Assembly: GCF_044741965.1 (NCBI RefSeq)
Contig: NZ_JBIUTQ010000007.1
Coordinates: 1 to 64,000, forward strand
Source of the DNA: Streptosporangium sp. NPDC087985
Lineage (GTDB): Bacteria > Actinomycetota > Actinomycetes > Streptosporangiales > Streptosporangiaceae
Direction: 5' to 3'
Length of the DNA: 64,000 nucleotides
Shown: in pieces, positions 17,532 to 27,177 of the stretch
Numbering within the stretch: position 1 is the first letter of the stretch
How the letters are laid out: each line of letters opens with the position of its first letter
Notes under the pieces: model-generated
The model's database searches: none
What the model saw: the letters and a program-made list of their open reading frames with translations, nothing else
What the model was told of the DNA's origin: nothing
Translations under genes and position numbers: made by a program

Positions 17532-18167
17532 ATGGTGTTGCCAGGATGGCAAATAGGTGGGGTGAACGACGACGCTCCCGCCCTCGCCGGCGCTCTCGAC
17601 GATGTCATGGACGCCGTGGGCCCGCGCCTGAGAGTCCTGCGCCAGCAGCGCGGCGCGACCCTGGCGCAGCTCTCCGGGGCCACCGGGATCTCGGTCAGCA
17701 CCCTGTCCCGCCTGGAGTCCGGCCAGCGCAAGCCCACCCTGGAGCTTCTGCTCCTGCTGGCCCGAGTCCACCAGCTCCCCCTGGACGAGCTCGTCGGCGC
17801 GCCGGCGACCGGCGACCCGCGCGTCCACCAGCGCCCGATCATCCGCAACGGCACGACGTTCATCCCGCTGACCCGCCGGCCCGGCGGGCTCCAGGCCTAC
17901 AAGATGGTCATCCCGGCGCGCTGGCCCGCGTGCGGGCCGGAACAGCGGGTCCACGAGGGGTACGAGTGGATTTACGTCCTATCCGGGCGACTGAGCCTGT
18001 TGCTCGGCGAGAAAGAGATCGTCCTGACACACGGAGAGGTGGCGGAGTTCGACACCCACATCCCGCACGCGTTCAGCAACCCCTACCCGGAGCCCGCCGA
18101 AGTCCTCAGCCTGTTCGGACCCCAGGGCGAACGCCTGCACGTCCGCGCCCGCCCCTCCAACAGGTGA
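17532..18167 (+). CDS. XRE-family HTH regulator with C-terminal cupin domain
   Basis: LRVLRQQRGATLAQLSGATGISVSTLSRLESGQRKPTLELLLLLARV is an HTH_3 fold. The C-terminal YEWIYVLSGRLSLLLGEKEIVLTHGEVAEFDTHIPH is a cupin_2 fold. It is divergent from the oxidoreductase-MTase gene. Alternative starts at 17562 and 17607. Confidence 0.75.
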   Translation: MVLPGWQIGGVNDDAPALAGALDDVMDAVGPRLRVLRQQRGATLAQLSGATGISVSTLSRLESGQRKPTLELLLLLARVHQLPLDELVGAPATGDPRVHQRPIIRNGTTFIPLTRRPGGLQAYKMVIPARWPACGPEQRVHEGYEWIYVLSGRLSLLLGEKEIVLTHGEVAEFDTHIPHAFSNPYPEPAEVLSLFGPQGERLHVRARPSNR

Positions 18168-18234
18168 ACCGTCTCCCGCACCCGATGACCGCCACTCCTC
18201 CCCTTGGAGACTCCGCAGCCGGGCGAGGCCATGG

Positions 18235-21200
18235 TCACGGCTCGGGGGAGAGGCGGTCGGCGGCGTGTTCGATGGCGGTGCTCACCCGGTCGGCCAGCAG
18301 GCCGACCGCGCCGACCGCACGGGTCACCGGGTCGTCCTCGGCGCCGCCGAGTGCCTTCTCACGCAGGTAGGCCGCCTTCACCTCGGCCCACCGGGCGGCC
18401 TGCCCGGCCGTCATGGTCCCCCGCAGCTCGGCCAGCTTGAGCAGGTTCGCCTCGGCGCCGGAGGTGAGGGTCCGGGCCTCGCCGAGGTAGTGGTCGTCGA
18501 TCAGAGCCTCCAGTTCGGCGTCGTTCATGACCGGGACGATCCTGGCGGCGAGCTTGTTCATGTTCCGGTAGGACCCCTGGAGCTGGAACGGCGGTTCGGT
18601 CCTGGACGCGTCGGACTGGGCGGCCGAGGCGATGTAGGCCCGGTTGCCCGCCAGTACCACCTGCTGGACGCGGAGCAGCCCCCGCAGGACCGGGAGCATC
18701 TCGTCGAGCTCCGCGGCGGAGTACGGGTGGGAGAGCCGGTCGGCCCGGACGGTGGGGTCGCCCTGTGCCAGCCGTACCAGGAGACGGATGTCACCGCGGT
18801 CCCGCGTGGACAGCGGGGCGAGGAACGGGTTGGAGGTGAGCGCGTTGTCGATGTAGCTCAGCGCGAACAGCTCCTCCTTGCCGGACAGCACCTCGCCCAG
18901 GTTCCACACGTCGGCACGGTTGGCGAGCATGTCGGGGATGCGGAACCGCCTGCCGGACTCGGTGTACGGATTGCCCGCCATGCAGACCGCGAAGCGCTTG
19001 CCACGCAGGTCGTAGGTGCGGGTCTCGCCCTCCCAGACACCCTCCATCTGCCGCTGGCCGTCGCACAGCGAGATGAACTTCTGCAGTAGTTCGGGGGAGG
19101 TGTGCTGGATGTCGTCGAGGTAGAGCAGCACGTTGTTGCCCATCTCCAGGGCGAACGAGATCTTCTCGACCTCCTGGCGGGCCGTCGCGTCGGGCGCCCG
19201 CGCCGGGTCCACCGAGGTGACCAGATGCCCCAGGGCGGGGCCGTTGACCTTCACCAGCATCAGACCGAGCCGGCTGGCGACGTACTCCATGAGGGTGGTC
19301 TTGCCGTAGCCGGGCGGTGAGATGAGCAGCAGCATGCCCATCTGGTCGGTCCGCTTGGCGTCGCCGGCCGCGCCGATCTGCTTGGCCAGGTTGTCACCGA
19401 TGAGCGGGAGGTAGACCTCGTCGAGGAGCTCGTTGCGGACGAAGGCGCTCATCACCTTCGGCCGGTACTCCTCCAGGCGCAGCCGCGTCCGTTCCGCGGC
19501 GACCAGGTCGTTGCGCCGCCTCTGGTAGGCGCGGTAGGCGGGGACGAGGTGCTCGCGGAAGTGCCGGGTCCGGCTGAGGAACTCGTCCAGGCGCAGGTCG
19601 AGCCCGCGTCCGGAGATCCGCGGGTGCGTGCCGAGCAGGTCCTCGACCGTGGTGGTCAGGGGCACCGAGGAGTCGTGCCGGGTCACCTCGCACAGCAGTA
19701 CGGCCACCGCCTCCGGCAGCTCGGCCGGTGACTCGAACGCGCCGAGCCACGCCTCGGCCAGCCGGTGGCGCCCGGCCAGGTCGTCCTTGAGCGCCCGCAG
19801 ATCGTCGTCGAACTCCTGGCGTGCCGTCCCCAGCGCCCGGTCGAACCGTTCCAGCAGCGACCGTGCCCCCGCGCTCGTCACGAACCCGGACGGCTCGCCG
19901 GCCAGTTCCTCGAAGAGGTATTCCCCGGCGAGCGTGCAGACGTCCTCGCTGTCCCGCCCGTCCGGACGCCCCGCATCGCCGGGTGCCCGGGCTGCCCGGC
20001 CGTTCCCGGCGGGGGTGCCGTCCGCGGTGCCGCTGAGAGCGGCCATGAAGGTCGTGATGGCGGAGCCGAGCGCGCCGCGGATCTCATCCACCGCGTCGAC
20101 CCGGCCGAACAGGGCGCGTGCCCGTGCCAGCGAGACCACCCGGGTGGTCCACGCCCCGCGAGCGGCCTCGTCCACGCCGAAGGTCCAGAAGAGCTGGGCC
20201 GCCGCCCTCGCCGCGGGGGGATAGCGCAGCAGGCCGGCGCCCGCGTGCAGCCGCAGCAGGGCGTTGAGGATGGCGGCCGCGTCGTGGTCGTGCACGCCCC
20301 GCTCGTAACCCTCGTCGTAACGGGTCTGCGCCACCGGGCGGACGATCTCCAGCAGGCTGCCTCCGTCCGCCGCCGCGCGCAGCGCGTCGAGCGTGACGGC
20401 CGATCCGCCCACGCTCAGCGTGCCGGCCTCGGCGGCGGCCAGGATGGAGGCGGCCAGGTGCTCGCCCCGGTAGACCTCGGCCGTCTCGGAGACCAGCGAC
20501 TGGTTCCAGAACGGCTGGGTCTCGGCGAACGCCTCGTCGCGCACCGGCGAGCGGTAGTCGGTCCCGGTCACGGCGAACGCCAGCCGGTCTCCGTGCGGCA
20601 CCAGCGTGAGGTCGGCGGCCTGGGTGTTGACCGCGAACCGGTGCCGGCCCAGGCGGATCGTCTCGCCGCCGTCGGTGTACAGGTCGAGCCGGTCGCGCAG
20701 GGCGCGGCCCGCCTCCTGACGGGCGGACTTGATCCGGCCTTCGAGCTCCTCGGCCCGGACCTGGTCGCCCAGCGCGCGCAGCTCCCCGGTCACACCGTGC
20801 AGCTTGACGACCATCGGGTCGGAGCCGAAGTAGGTGTTGACCTCGTCGAGCGATCCGAGCCCGGCCGCACGGCGGCGCACGCTGGACAGGATCCGGGTGG
20901 CGGAGTCGGCCAGCCGGTCGGCCCTGCGGGCGCGCTCGTCCAGCAGCGCCTGCCGCCGCGCGGAGAACACCTCGTAGACGTCCTCCCGCTTGGCCGCCAG
21001 CTGGGCCAGGAAGTCGTCGAACTCGGCGAAGCGTGACTCCAGGCCTTCCATCTGGAGCATCAGCCGGCCGAGCTGCTCGTCGCAGCGTTCGGGGGTGTCG
21101 GCCATCGCCAGAGCCCCGGTGATCGACTGTCCCAGCAGTGCGAACTCGGCCGCGAACGCCGCCCGTCCCTCGCTCGCCAGCAGTTCCCCGCGCCGCGCGT

Positions 21201-23298
21201 CCAGTGTGGCGCGGGCCCGGTTGATCCCGCCGAGCACCTCGCCGACCCGCTCCAGGATCGCGGTCCGCGCGGTCGCGTCGGCGATGTCGAGCGTGCCGAC
21301 CACCTCGACCACGATCTCCAGGCCCTGCGTCTGCCCGGCCAGCCGCTCGCGGATCGGCTCGGCCTCGGCCACGGTCGTGATGGTCCCGGCGTCGGAGACC
21401 AGCCGTTCGACCTCCGCGTGGTAGCCGGCGAAGGCGTCCTCACCCCGCAGGAAGCCGGCCGCGCGCTGCGCGGTGGTGCCGAGCTCGGCGTCGAGCTCGG
21501 CGCGCAGCCCGTCGATCCGGCCGGTGTCCACGTAGCGCAGCTCACGCAGGGTCACCAGACGTCCCTGGGCCCGCCGCAGCTCGGCGAGATGGGTGATCCA
21601 TTCCTGCGCGGAGCGGGGGGCCTGCGCGTGTGCCAGCCGTACCAGGGAGGTGATCTCACCGGCGGCGGTCTCCAGCGCGGTCGCGGCCTGCTCGGTGAGC
21701 GACTGGACCTTCTCGAACTCCTCCAGCACCTGTTCGGCGGACGCCCGCACGTCGGCGAGCGGTCCTCGCAGCCCGTGCTCGCCCAGCCAGTGGTAGTGGT
21801 CGAAGGCCCGGGTGCAGGCCGAGATCAGCGCCTCGAAGACAGGGATCGACGGCGCCATCTCCTCGATCATCCGGGCCACCGAGAGGCAGTCGGAGATCCC
21901 GCGCACCAGTTCGGCGTTACCGATCCGCTCCAGCGGCCCGGTACCGGCGGGCTGGGCGGCGGCGTAGACGTCCGACGTGTACGGCGTCTGCCAGACCTGC
22001 ATCGGGTGGACCCGGGTGGGCTCGCCGGAGGTCGCCCTGAAGACGATCAGCGTGCCGTCGTCGAACAGCGAGTAGCCATGGCAGGAAAGAGGTGTGGACA
22101 CCTGTTTGCGGATCACGTTGTACGGCAGCAGCAGCGACCGGCCCTCGGCCCGGGCGTGGAAGACGTAGAGCACGTCCTCGCCGTTGGCCGAGCGGATGAC
22201 CCGCTCGAACTCCAGGCCGGAGACATCGGTGTCGAAGGTCTTGCTGACCCCGGTGGACAGGTAGTAGCCGCCGGGGAAGATGATCCCCTGGTCCTCGGGG
22301 AGGCGCTGGCAGGCCTGGCCGATGCCGTCGAGGCGGACCACGCCCTTGGTCCTGGTGTTGAAGACCAGGTGCCGCCATTCGGTCTCGTTGTAGGGCCGGA
22401 TACGCAGCAGGATCAGCGGGCCGATCCTGGCGTGGTACACATCGGCGTCGGCGAGGCTCTGCAGCGGTTCGGCGACCGGCTCGCGGTAGATGCCCTCGCC
22501 CGTCTCGGTGTTGTTCTCGATCTTGACGGTGAGGTCGCCGCCGACGGTCTCGACGAACACCTCGCCCTGGATCGAGATGTGCGGGTGGCGGCCGAGCACG
22601 TGGTCGTCGCGGGTCGTGGGGATCCACTCGAAGTCGTGCGAGGGCGGGAACGTGTGGTCACGCTCGCCCCGGTCGTCGATGTAGGTGAGTGTGCCGTCCA
22701 CCCCGACCTGCCAGCGCAGCACGCGGATGTCCTGCGGTCCCGTCTGGAAGACGGCCAGCATCTTGCCCTCGACCCGGCGGAGCTGGAGCAGCCGCGTCCC
22801 CCGGTAGTAGCGGTAGAGCTCGGCGAAGTCCCGCTCGAACTGCGGATGGCGGAACAGCGGCGCGGGGTCGAACCGGAAGGCGTCGCCGTCCAGACCACCC
22901 CCGGCACCCGCCGCTCCCCGCACGAAGGTGTGCATGGAGAAGACGTCCTCGACGGTCGTCTCGGGCTTCAACCCCATGAAAACGTTGTAGCCGAACAGGA
23001 TGAGCCCCTGACGGGGGTCGTGCCCGTCTCCCGTCCCCCCGCGTGGGCTCGCCGTCCCGCCGAGCGCCACGATGTCGCGGGGGACGCAGTTGTTCTCGGT
23101 GCGGATCCGCTCGGTACCGATCAGGCGGAGCTCGGCTCCGCCGAATACCTCGAGACGCTGGGTGTTGAGCGTCTCGGCCCGGCGGGCCAGCTCGCCCGCC
23201 CGCTCGGCGAGCCGGGCGCGGAGCACCTCGTAGGTGCCCGCGTCCAGCTCGGAGCGGTCACTGGGAGCATCGACGACCTCTGTCATGGGCGGCGTCAC
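18235..23298 (-). CDS. 1687-aa multidomain protein with C-terminal AAA_5 (MoxR/dynein-type) ATPase, co-operonic with flotillin
   Basis: One uninterrupted ORF. It has a beta-rich N-terminal ~450 aa and a long helical/coiled-coil middle. The C-terminus carries Walker A ISPPGYGKTTLM, Walker B VLLYLDDIQ and sensor-1 MAGNP. Its ATG overlaps the flotillin stop (ATGA, 23295-23298). Confidence 0.8.
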   Translation of the reverse strand: MTPPMTEVVDAPSDRSELDAGTYEVLRARLAERAGELARRAETLNTQRLEVFGGAELRLIGTERIRTENNCVPRDIVALGGTASPRGGTGDGHDPRQGLILFGYNVFMGLKPETTVEDVFSMHTFVRGAAGAGGGLDGDAFRFDPAPLFRHPQFERDFAELYRYYRGTRLLQLRRVEGKMLAVFQTGPQDIRVLRWQVGVDGTLTYIDDRGERDHTFPPSHDFEWIPTTRDDHVLGRHPHISIQGEVFVETVGGDLTVKIENNTETGEGIYREPVAEPLQSLADADVYHARIGPLILLRIRPYNETEWRHLVFNTRTKGVVRLDGIGQACQRLPEDQGIIFPGGYYLSTGVSKTFDTDVSGLEFERVIRSANGEDVLYVFHARAEGRSLLLPYNVIRKQVSTPLSCHGYSLFDDGTLIVFRATSGEPTRVHPMQVWQTPYTSDVYAAAQPAGTGPLERIGNAELVRGISDCLSVARMIEEMAPSIPVFEALISACTRAFDHYHWLGEHGLRGPLADVRASAEQVLEEFEKVQSLTEQAATALETAAGEITSLVRLAHAQAPRSAQEWITHLAELRRAQGRLVTLRELRYVDTGRIDGLRAELDAELGTTAQRAAGFLRGEDAFAGYHAEVERLVSDAGTITTVAEAEPIRERLAGQTQGLEIVVEVVGTLDIADATARTAILERVGEVLGGINRARATLDARRGELLASEGRAAFAAEFALLGQSITGALAMADTPERCDEQLGRLMLQMEGLESRFAEFDDFLAQLAAKREDVYEVFSARRQALLDERARRADRLADSATRILSSVRRRAAGLGSLDEVNTYFGSDPMVVKLHGVTGELRALGDQVRAEELEGRIKSARQEAGRALRDRLDLYTDGGETIRLGRHRFAVNTQAADLTLVPHGDRLAFAVTGTDYRSPVRDEAFAETQPFWNQSLVSETAEVYRGEHLAASILAAAEAGTLSVGGSAVTLDALRAAADGGSLLEIVRPVAQTRYDEGYERGVHDHDAAAILNALLRLHAGAGLLRYPPAARAAAQLFWTFGVDEAARGAWTTRVVSLARARALFGRVDAVDEIRGALGSAITTFMAALSGTADGTPAGNGRAARAPGDAGRPDGRDSEDVCTLAGEYLFEELAGEPSGFVTSAGARSLLERFDRALGTARQEFDDDLRALKDDLAGRHRLAEAWLGAFESPAELPEAVAVLLCEVTRHDSSVPLTTTVEDLLGTHPRISGRGLDLRLDEFLSRTRHFREHLVPAYRAYQRRRNDLVAAERTRLRLEEYRPKVMSAFVRNELLDEVYLPLIGDNLAKQIGAAGDAKRTDQMGMLLLISPPGYGKTTLMEYVASRLGLMLVKVNGPALGHLVTSVDPARAPDATARQEVEKISFALEMGNNVLLYLDDIQHTSPELLQKFISLCDGQRQMEGVWEGETRTYDLRGKRFAVCMAGNPYTESGRRFRIPDMLANRADVWNLGEVLSGKEELFALSYIDNALTSNPFLAPLSTRDRGDIRLLVRLAQGDPTVRADRLSHPYSAAELDEMLPVLRGLLRVQQVVLAGNRAYIASAAQSDASRTEPPFQLQGSYRNMNKLAARIVPVMNDAELEALIDDHYLGEARTLTSGAEANLLKLAELRGTMTAGQAARWAEVKAAYLREKALGGAEDDPVTRAVGAVGLLADRVSTAIEHAADRLSPEP

Positions 23299-25337
23299 TG
23301 CTTGCCGGAGTCGAGGGCGGCCGAGGTTTCGGCGGAGCCGGGCTCCCGCGTGGCGCCCAGCAGGTCACGTAGCCTGTCCGCGTCGGCTCCGCCCGAGTTG
23401 ATCAGTTTGACCAGCAGCGCGGAGAGGGAGAGGTTGCGCACGTCGGCGGTGTCGAGCGAGCCGAGCACCCTGGTCAGGTCGGCGGGCAGGCTCTGTGAGC
23501 CGTCCAGGTACGGCCCGGCCAGCGTCTGGGCGACGTCGGAGTGCTGCACGAAGCCGTCCACGATCTTGCCCATGCTGATCGAGCCCACCAGCCGGTCGAG
23601 GAAGACGCTGTCGCCGCCGACGATGTCGATGTTGGCCTTGGACAGGCCCGCGGACAGCACCTCGGCCTGCGCCTCGGCGACCTTGAGCTGGACGTTCACC
23701 CCGGCCAGGCGGATCTCCTTCTCCGCCTCCAGCCGCAGGCGGTACTCCTCGTGACCGCGGCTCGCGTCGTCCAGCGCGGCCATCGCCGCCGCCTTCTCGG
23801 TCAGGCCCTCGGCCTCGGCCTTGAGCCTCTCCCGCACCCCCATGGCAGAGGCCAGAGCCTTGGCCTGGTCGCCCTCGGCGGCGGCCAGCGCCTTCTCCCG
23901 CTCGATCAGGGCCTCGGCGCGGCCGATCTTCTCGATCGCTTCGGCGTCCCGCTCGCGCACCTGCACCTCGGCCAGGCCGGTCGCCGCCGTCTCGGCCTGG
24001 ACACCTTCGGCCAGACGGATCTTGGCGCGGGCGTCGAGCTCGGCGGCCTGCTGCCGCGACTCGGCCAGCACCAGTGTCTCGCGCGCCTGGTGCCGGGACG
24101 CCGCCTCGGACGCCTCGGCCGCCTTGATGTCCTTGACCAGGCTCTCCTGTGCCTCGGCCTCGGCCTGGATGATCAGGGCCTGGCGGGTCCGCTCGGCCTC
24201 CTCGACCACCCGCAGGCGCTTGATGCTCTCCTCCTCCTCGGCGACCGTCTTCTCCACCGCGATCCGCTCACGGATCACCTCGGCGATGGAGCGCTTCTCG
24301 CCTTCGAGCTCCTTGTCCTTGGAGATGCGGGACAGCTCGGTCTCGCGCTCGCGGGAGATGACCTCCAGCATGCGGTCCTTCTCGATCCGCTCGGACTCGA
24401 TGGCGATGACCCGCTCGCGGTTCTTCGCCGCCACGGCGATCTCGCGGGCCCGGTTCTCCTGCTGGATGCCGAGCTGCTCGTCGGTGTGCAGGCCGGCGGC
24501 CTGCGCCTTGAGCCGCTCCTCGGCCTGCACCTTGGCGATCTCCGCCTCCTCGCGGGCGCGCATGGTCTCGACCTCGCGCCGCTGCTTGATCTCCGCGTCG
24601 GCCTGGCGGCGCTCCAGTTCCAGGATGGCCTCCCGCGCGTCCACGTTCTGGCGGGTGATCTCCTTCTCCTCGTGCCGCTGGAACTCGTTGGTCCGCACGT
24701 GCTCGATGGCGGTCAGCTCGGTGATCTTCCTGATGCCCTGCGCGTCGAGGATGTTGTCCTTGTCGAGAGAGAGCAGCGAGGTCTGCTCCAGGTAGTCGAT
24801 GGCCGCGTCCTCAAGGCTGTAGCCGTTCAGGTCGGTGCCGATGACCTGGATGATCTGGTCGCGGAACTGGTCGCGCTGGGTGTAGAGGTCCACGAAGTCG
24901 AGCTGCTTGCCGACCGTCTTGAGCGCCTCGGAGAACTTGGCGTTGAACAGCTCCTGCAGCGTCTCCTTGTCGCTGGCCCGCGCGGTGCCGATGGCCTGGG
25001 CGACCTTGACCACGTCCTCGACGGTCTTGTTGACCCGGACGAAGAAGGTGATCCGGATGTCGGCCCGGATGTTGTCCCGGCAGATCAGGCCCTCGCGGCC
25101 GGTCCGTGCGATCTCGATGGTCTTCACCGAGATGTCCATGATCTCCGCCCGGTGGAACACGGGCAGCACGATCGCCCCGGTGAAGGTGACGTCCACCTTG
25201 TTGACCTTGGAGATGATCAGTGCCTTACCCTGCTCGACCTTGTTGAACAGGCGGCTGATCATGATAAGTAAACTGACGACGACGAGAAGGATGACGGCGA
25301 GAAGAATGCCCAGCCCGGTGGAGATGACGTCGTTCAT
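23295..25337 (-). CDS. flotillin-family SPFH/band-7 protein (FloT/YqiK-like)
   Basis: 680 aa. It has an N-terminal TM helix (GLGILLAVILLVVVSLLIMI), an SPFH domain, and a very long Glu/Ala/Arg-rich coiled coil (EAEIAKVQAEERLKAQAA...). Confidence 0.9.
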   Translation of the reverse strand: MNDVISTGLGILLAVILLVVVSLLIMISRLFNKVEQGKALIISKVNKVDVTFTGAIVLPVFHRAEIMDISVKTIEIARTGREGLICRDNIRADIRITFFVRVNKTVEDVVKVAQAIGTARASDKETLQELFNAKFSEALKTVGKQLDFVDLYTQRDQFRDQIIQVIGTDLNGYSLEDAAIDYLEQTSLLSLDKDNILDAQGIRKITELTAIEHVRTNEFQRHEEKEITRQNVDAREAILELERRQADAEIKQRREVETMRAREEAEIAKVQAEERLKAQAAGLHTDEQLGIQQENRAREIAVAAKNRERVIAIESERIEKDRMLEVISRERETELSRISKDKELEGEKRSIAEVIRERIAVEKTVAEEEESIKRLRVVEEAERTRQALIIQAEAEAQESLVKDIKAAEASEAASRHQARETLVLAESRQQAAELDARAKIRLAEGVQAETAATGLAEVQVRERDAEAIEKIGRAEALIEREKALAAAEGDQAKALASAMGVRERLKAEAEGLTEKAAAMAALDDASRGHEEYRLRLEAEKEIRLAGVNVQLKVAEAQAEVLSAGLSKANIDIVGGDSVFLDRLVGSISMGKIVDGFVQHSDVAQTLAGPYLDGSQSLPADLTRVLGSLDTADVRNLSLSALLVKLINSGGADADRLRDLLGATREPGSAETSAALDSGKQ

Positions 25338-25349
25338 GTGGTCCTTCGG

Positions 25350-25943
25350 TTAAATAGGGCGGTGGGGGTCGAGTTCCGCGTCGTACGGCATCACCCAGAA
25401 GAACTCACCCGCGGAGTCATAGGCGAATATCAGGGCGGTGCTGCCGGCGTCGAAGACGTCGTCGCCGGTCTGACGGACCTGAACGAGAGCGGAGGAGCCG
25501 TCCGCGGCGGTGACCTCGGCCTGGCCGAAGCTCCTGTCGACCCGGCCCGTACGGATGACGCACGTCCGGCCCACGAAGTCGGCGCGGGAGGGGAGTTGTT
25601 CCTTCCGGGTGACACGGCGCAGGGGCAGCAGGATCAGGCGGGTGCCGGCCCAGGCGCAGACGAGCGCCGCCACCAGCACGCCGGTCAACGCGAGAGTGCC
25701 GCTGAACAACACCCCGCCGGTCAGGCTGGTGAACCACGCGATGACCACCATCAGCGACACGGCCACGGAGATCGGCACTCCGCCCAGCCCGAGGCCGCTG
25801 AGGAACCCCGCCGTATCGTCGACCTCGCCGTCGAGCCCGAGGCCGCTGACCATGGCGAACAGCCAGTAACCGACGACCACCACAAGGAGGAATGTGAAAA
25901 GGGCGGTCGGGAAAGCTAATACCGCATCGACGAACTGGCCCAT
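25350..25943 (-). CDS. NfeD/YqiJ-like membrane protein (flotillin partner)
   Basis: 197 aa. It has 3-4 TM helices followed by a C-terminal beta/OB-like soluble part. It lies 12 bp upstream of the flotillin gene, as in yqiJ-yqiK and yuaF-floT pairs. Confidence 0.75.
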   Translation of the reverse strand: MGQFVDAVLAFPTALFTFLLVVVVGYWLFAMVSGLGLDGEVDDTAGFLSGLGLGGVPISVAVSLMVVIAWFTSLTGGVLFSGTLALTGVLVAALVCAWAGTRLILLPLRRVTRKEQLPSRADFVGRTCVIRTGRVDRSFGQAEVTAADGSSALVQVRQTGDDVFDAGSTALIFAYDSAGEFFWVMPYDAELDPHRPI

Positions 25944-26133
25944 TGGCTATGAGATCCCCTGTTGGTGCGCACAGTGGCGCTTCCCCGAGCGCATGTTCCT
26001 GACTATACAAATCTAAAGATCAACCAAAGGGGATGGTTCCCGAAACCCGAAGAATATCGAGAAAGTTATCGAACGTACGGGAAGGCCGAGGAGGCGGAGC
26101 GGAGCTCCGGGTCCTCGGCCGTGGGGGAGAGGA

Positions 26134-26226
26134 TCAGGCGGCTCGGGTGACCATGTAGGCCAGGCCGACGAGGATCACGACGGGGATGAGCCACACGATC
26201 GCCTCGATGGCGAATTCCTTGTACAT
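26134..26226 (-). CDS. candidate 30-aa single-TM micro-protein
   Basis: MYKEFAIEAIVWLIPVVILVGLAYMVTRAA. The ATG lies 8 nt after GGAAGGG. The hydrophobic core is flanked by charged ends. It has no homology anchor, so it is tentative. Confidence 0.3.
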   Translation of the reverse strand: MYKEFAIEAIVWLIPVVILVGLAYMVTRAA

Positions 26227-26415
26227 GCGGGGCGCCCTTCCGGAGCGATGTCGCCGAGAAGTACGGAGAATCCGACGATAGCGGTTGACCCGCGCCACGA
26301 CCAGGATCCGCACCAACCGCCCGCCGGGAAGGAGGGCCCGCCCCCTGCCGGCGGACCACCGTCCATACGGCTCCGGGACGTCGGACGGTGCCGCGCCGGG
26401 GACCTCCGGACGCGC

Positions 26416-27177
26416 CTACGAGGGGACGGCCGAGCCGACGACCACGGGAGTGTCCGTACCGGGACCCTCGACGACGTCAGCCACCACGCAGGTGATGTTG
26501 TCGGGGCCACCCGCCTCGCAGGCAAGCTCGATGAGCCGCCGGGTAACCGCGTCGAGGTCGTCGACGTCGGCGAGCACCTGACGGAGCTGGCCGGCCTCGA
26601 CCACCCCGGACAGCCCGTCGGAGCAGAGCAGGTAGCGGTCGCCGACCTCGGCGTCGCGCAGGGAGAGATCGGGGTCGATGGTGTCGCTGCCGTCCAGGAC
26701 CTGGAGCAGTATCGACCTGTGCGGATGCCGGGCGGCCTCCTCGGCGGTGATCCGGCCGTCGTCCATCAGCGTCTGGACCAGGGTATGGTCGTAGGTGATC
26801 TGGTAGAGGTCACCGTTGCGGAGCAGGTAGGCACGTGAGTCACCGATGTGGGCGAGGGCGACCCGGGGGCCGTCCCAGAGCATCAGGGTCAGAGTGGTGC
26901 CCATGCCGGTGAGGCTCGGATCCTCCTCGACCAGCTCACGCAGGCGCTGGTTGGCCTTGCGGACCCCGGCCTCGGCAGAGGCGACCAGATCCTCGGAGTC
27001 CTCATGGTCCAGGGCGGCGACCGTGGCGATCGCCGCCGAGCTGGCGACCTCCCCGCCGACATGGCCGCCCATCCCGTCGGCGACGGCAAGCAGCCGGGCG
27101 CCGGCGTAGGCCGCGTCCTCATTGCCCTGGCGGACCCGGCCGACATCGGAGCCTGCCGCATAGCGGAGCGTGATCAT
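26416..27177 (-). CDS. PP2C-family Ser/Thr protein phosphatase (paralog of 13929..14726)
   Basis: MITLRYAAGSDVGRVRQGNED...LLAVADGMGGHVGGEVAS...GGPDNITCVVADV is near-colinear with the first PP2C. The start at 27177 is internal to the longer shadow ORF. Confidence 0.85.
   Translation of the reverse strand: MITLRYAAGSDVGRVRQGNEDAAYAGARLLAVADGMGGHVGGEVASSAAIATVAALDHEDSEDLVASAEAGVRKANQRLRELVEEDPSLTGMGTTLTLMLWDGPRVALAHIGDSRAYLLRNGDLYQITYDHTLVQTLMDDGRITAEEAARHPHRSILLQVLDGSDTIDPDLSLRDAEVGDRYLLCSDGLSGVVEAGQLRQVLADVDDLDAVTRRLIELACEAGGPDNITCVVADVVEGPGTDTPVVVGSAVPS

Noticed and set aside
16388-18370. Plus-strand ORFs of 132, 239 and 486 aa
   Set aside because: Antisense to the oxidoreductase-MTase fusion, or out-of-frame overlaps of the cupin regulator. 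They are low-complexity Arg/Pro-rich.
25962-26150. 62-aa plus-strand ORF in the AT-rich intergenic region
   Set aside because: No RBS and a Lys/Glu-rich artefactual product. The region is better explained as promoter DNA for the NfeD-flotillin operon.
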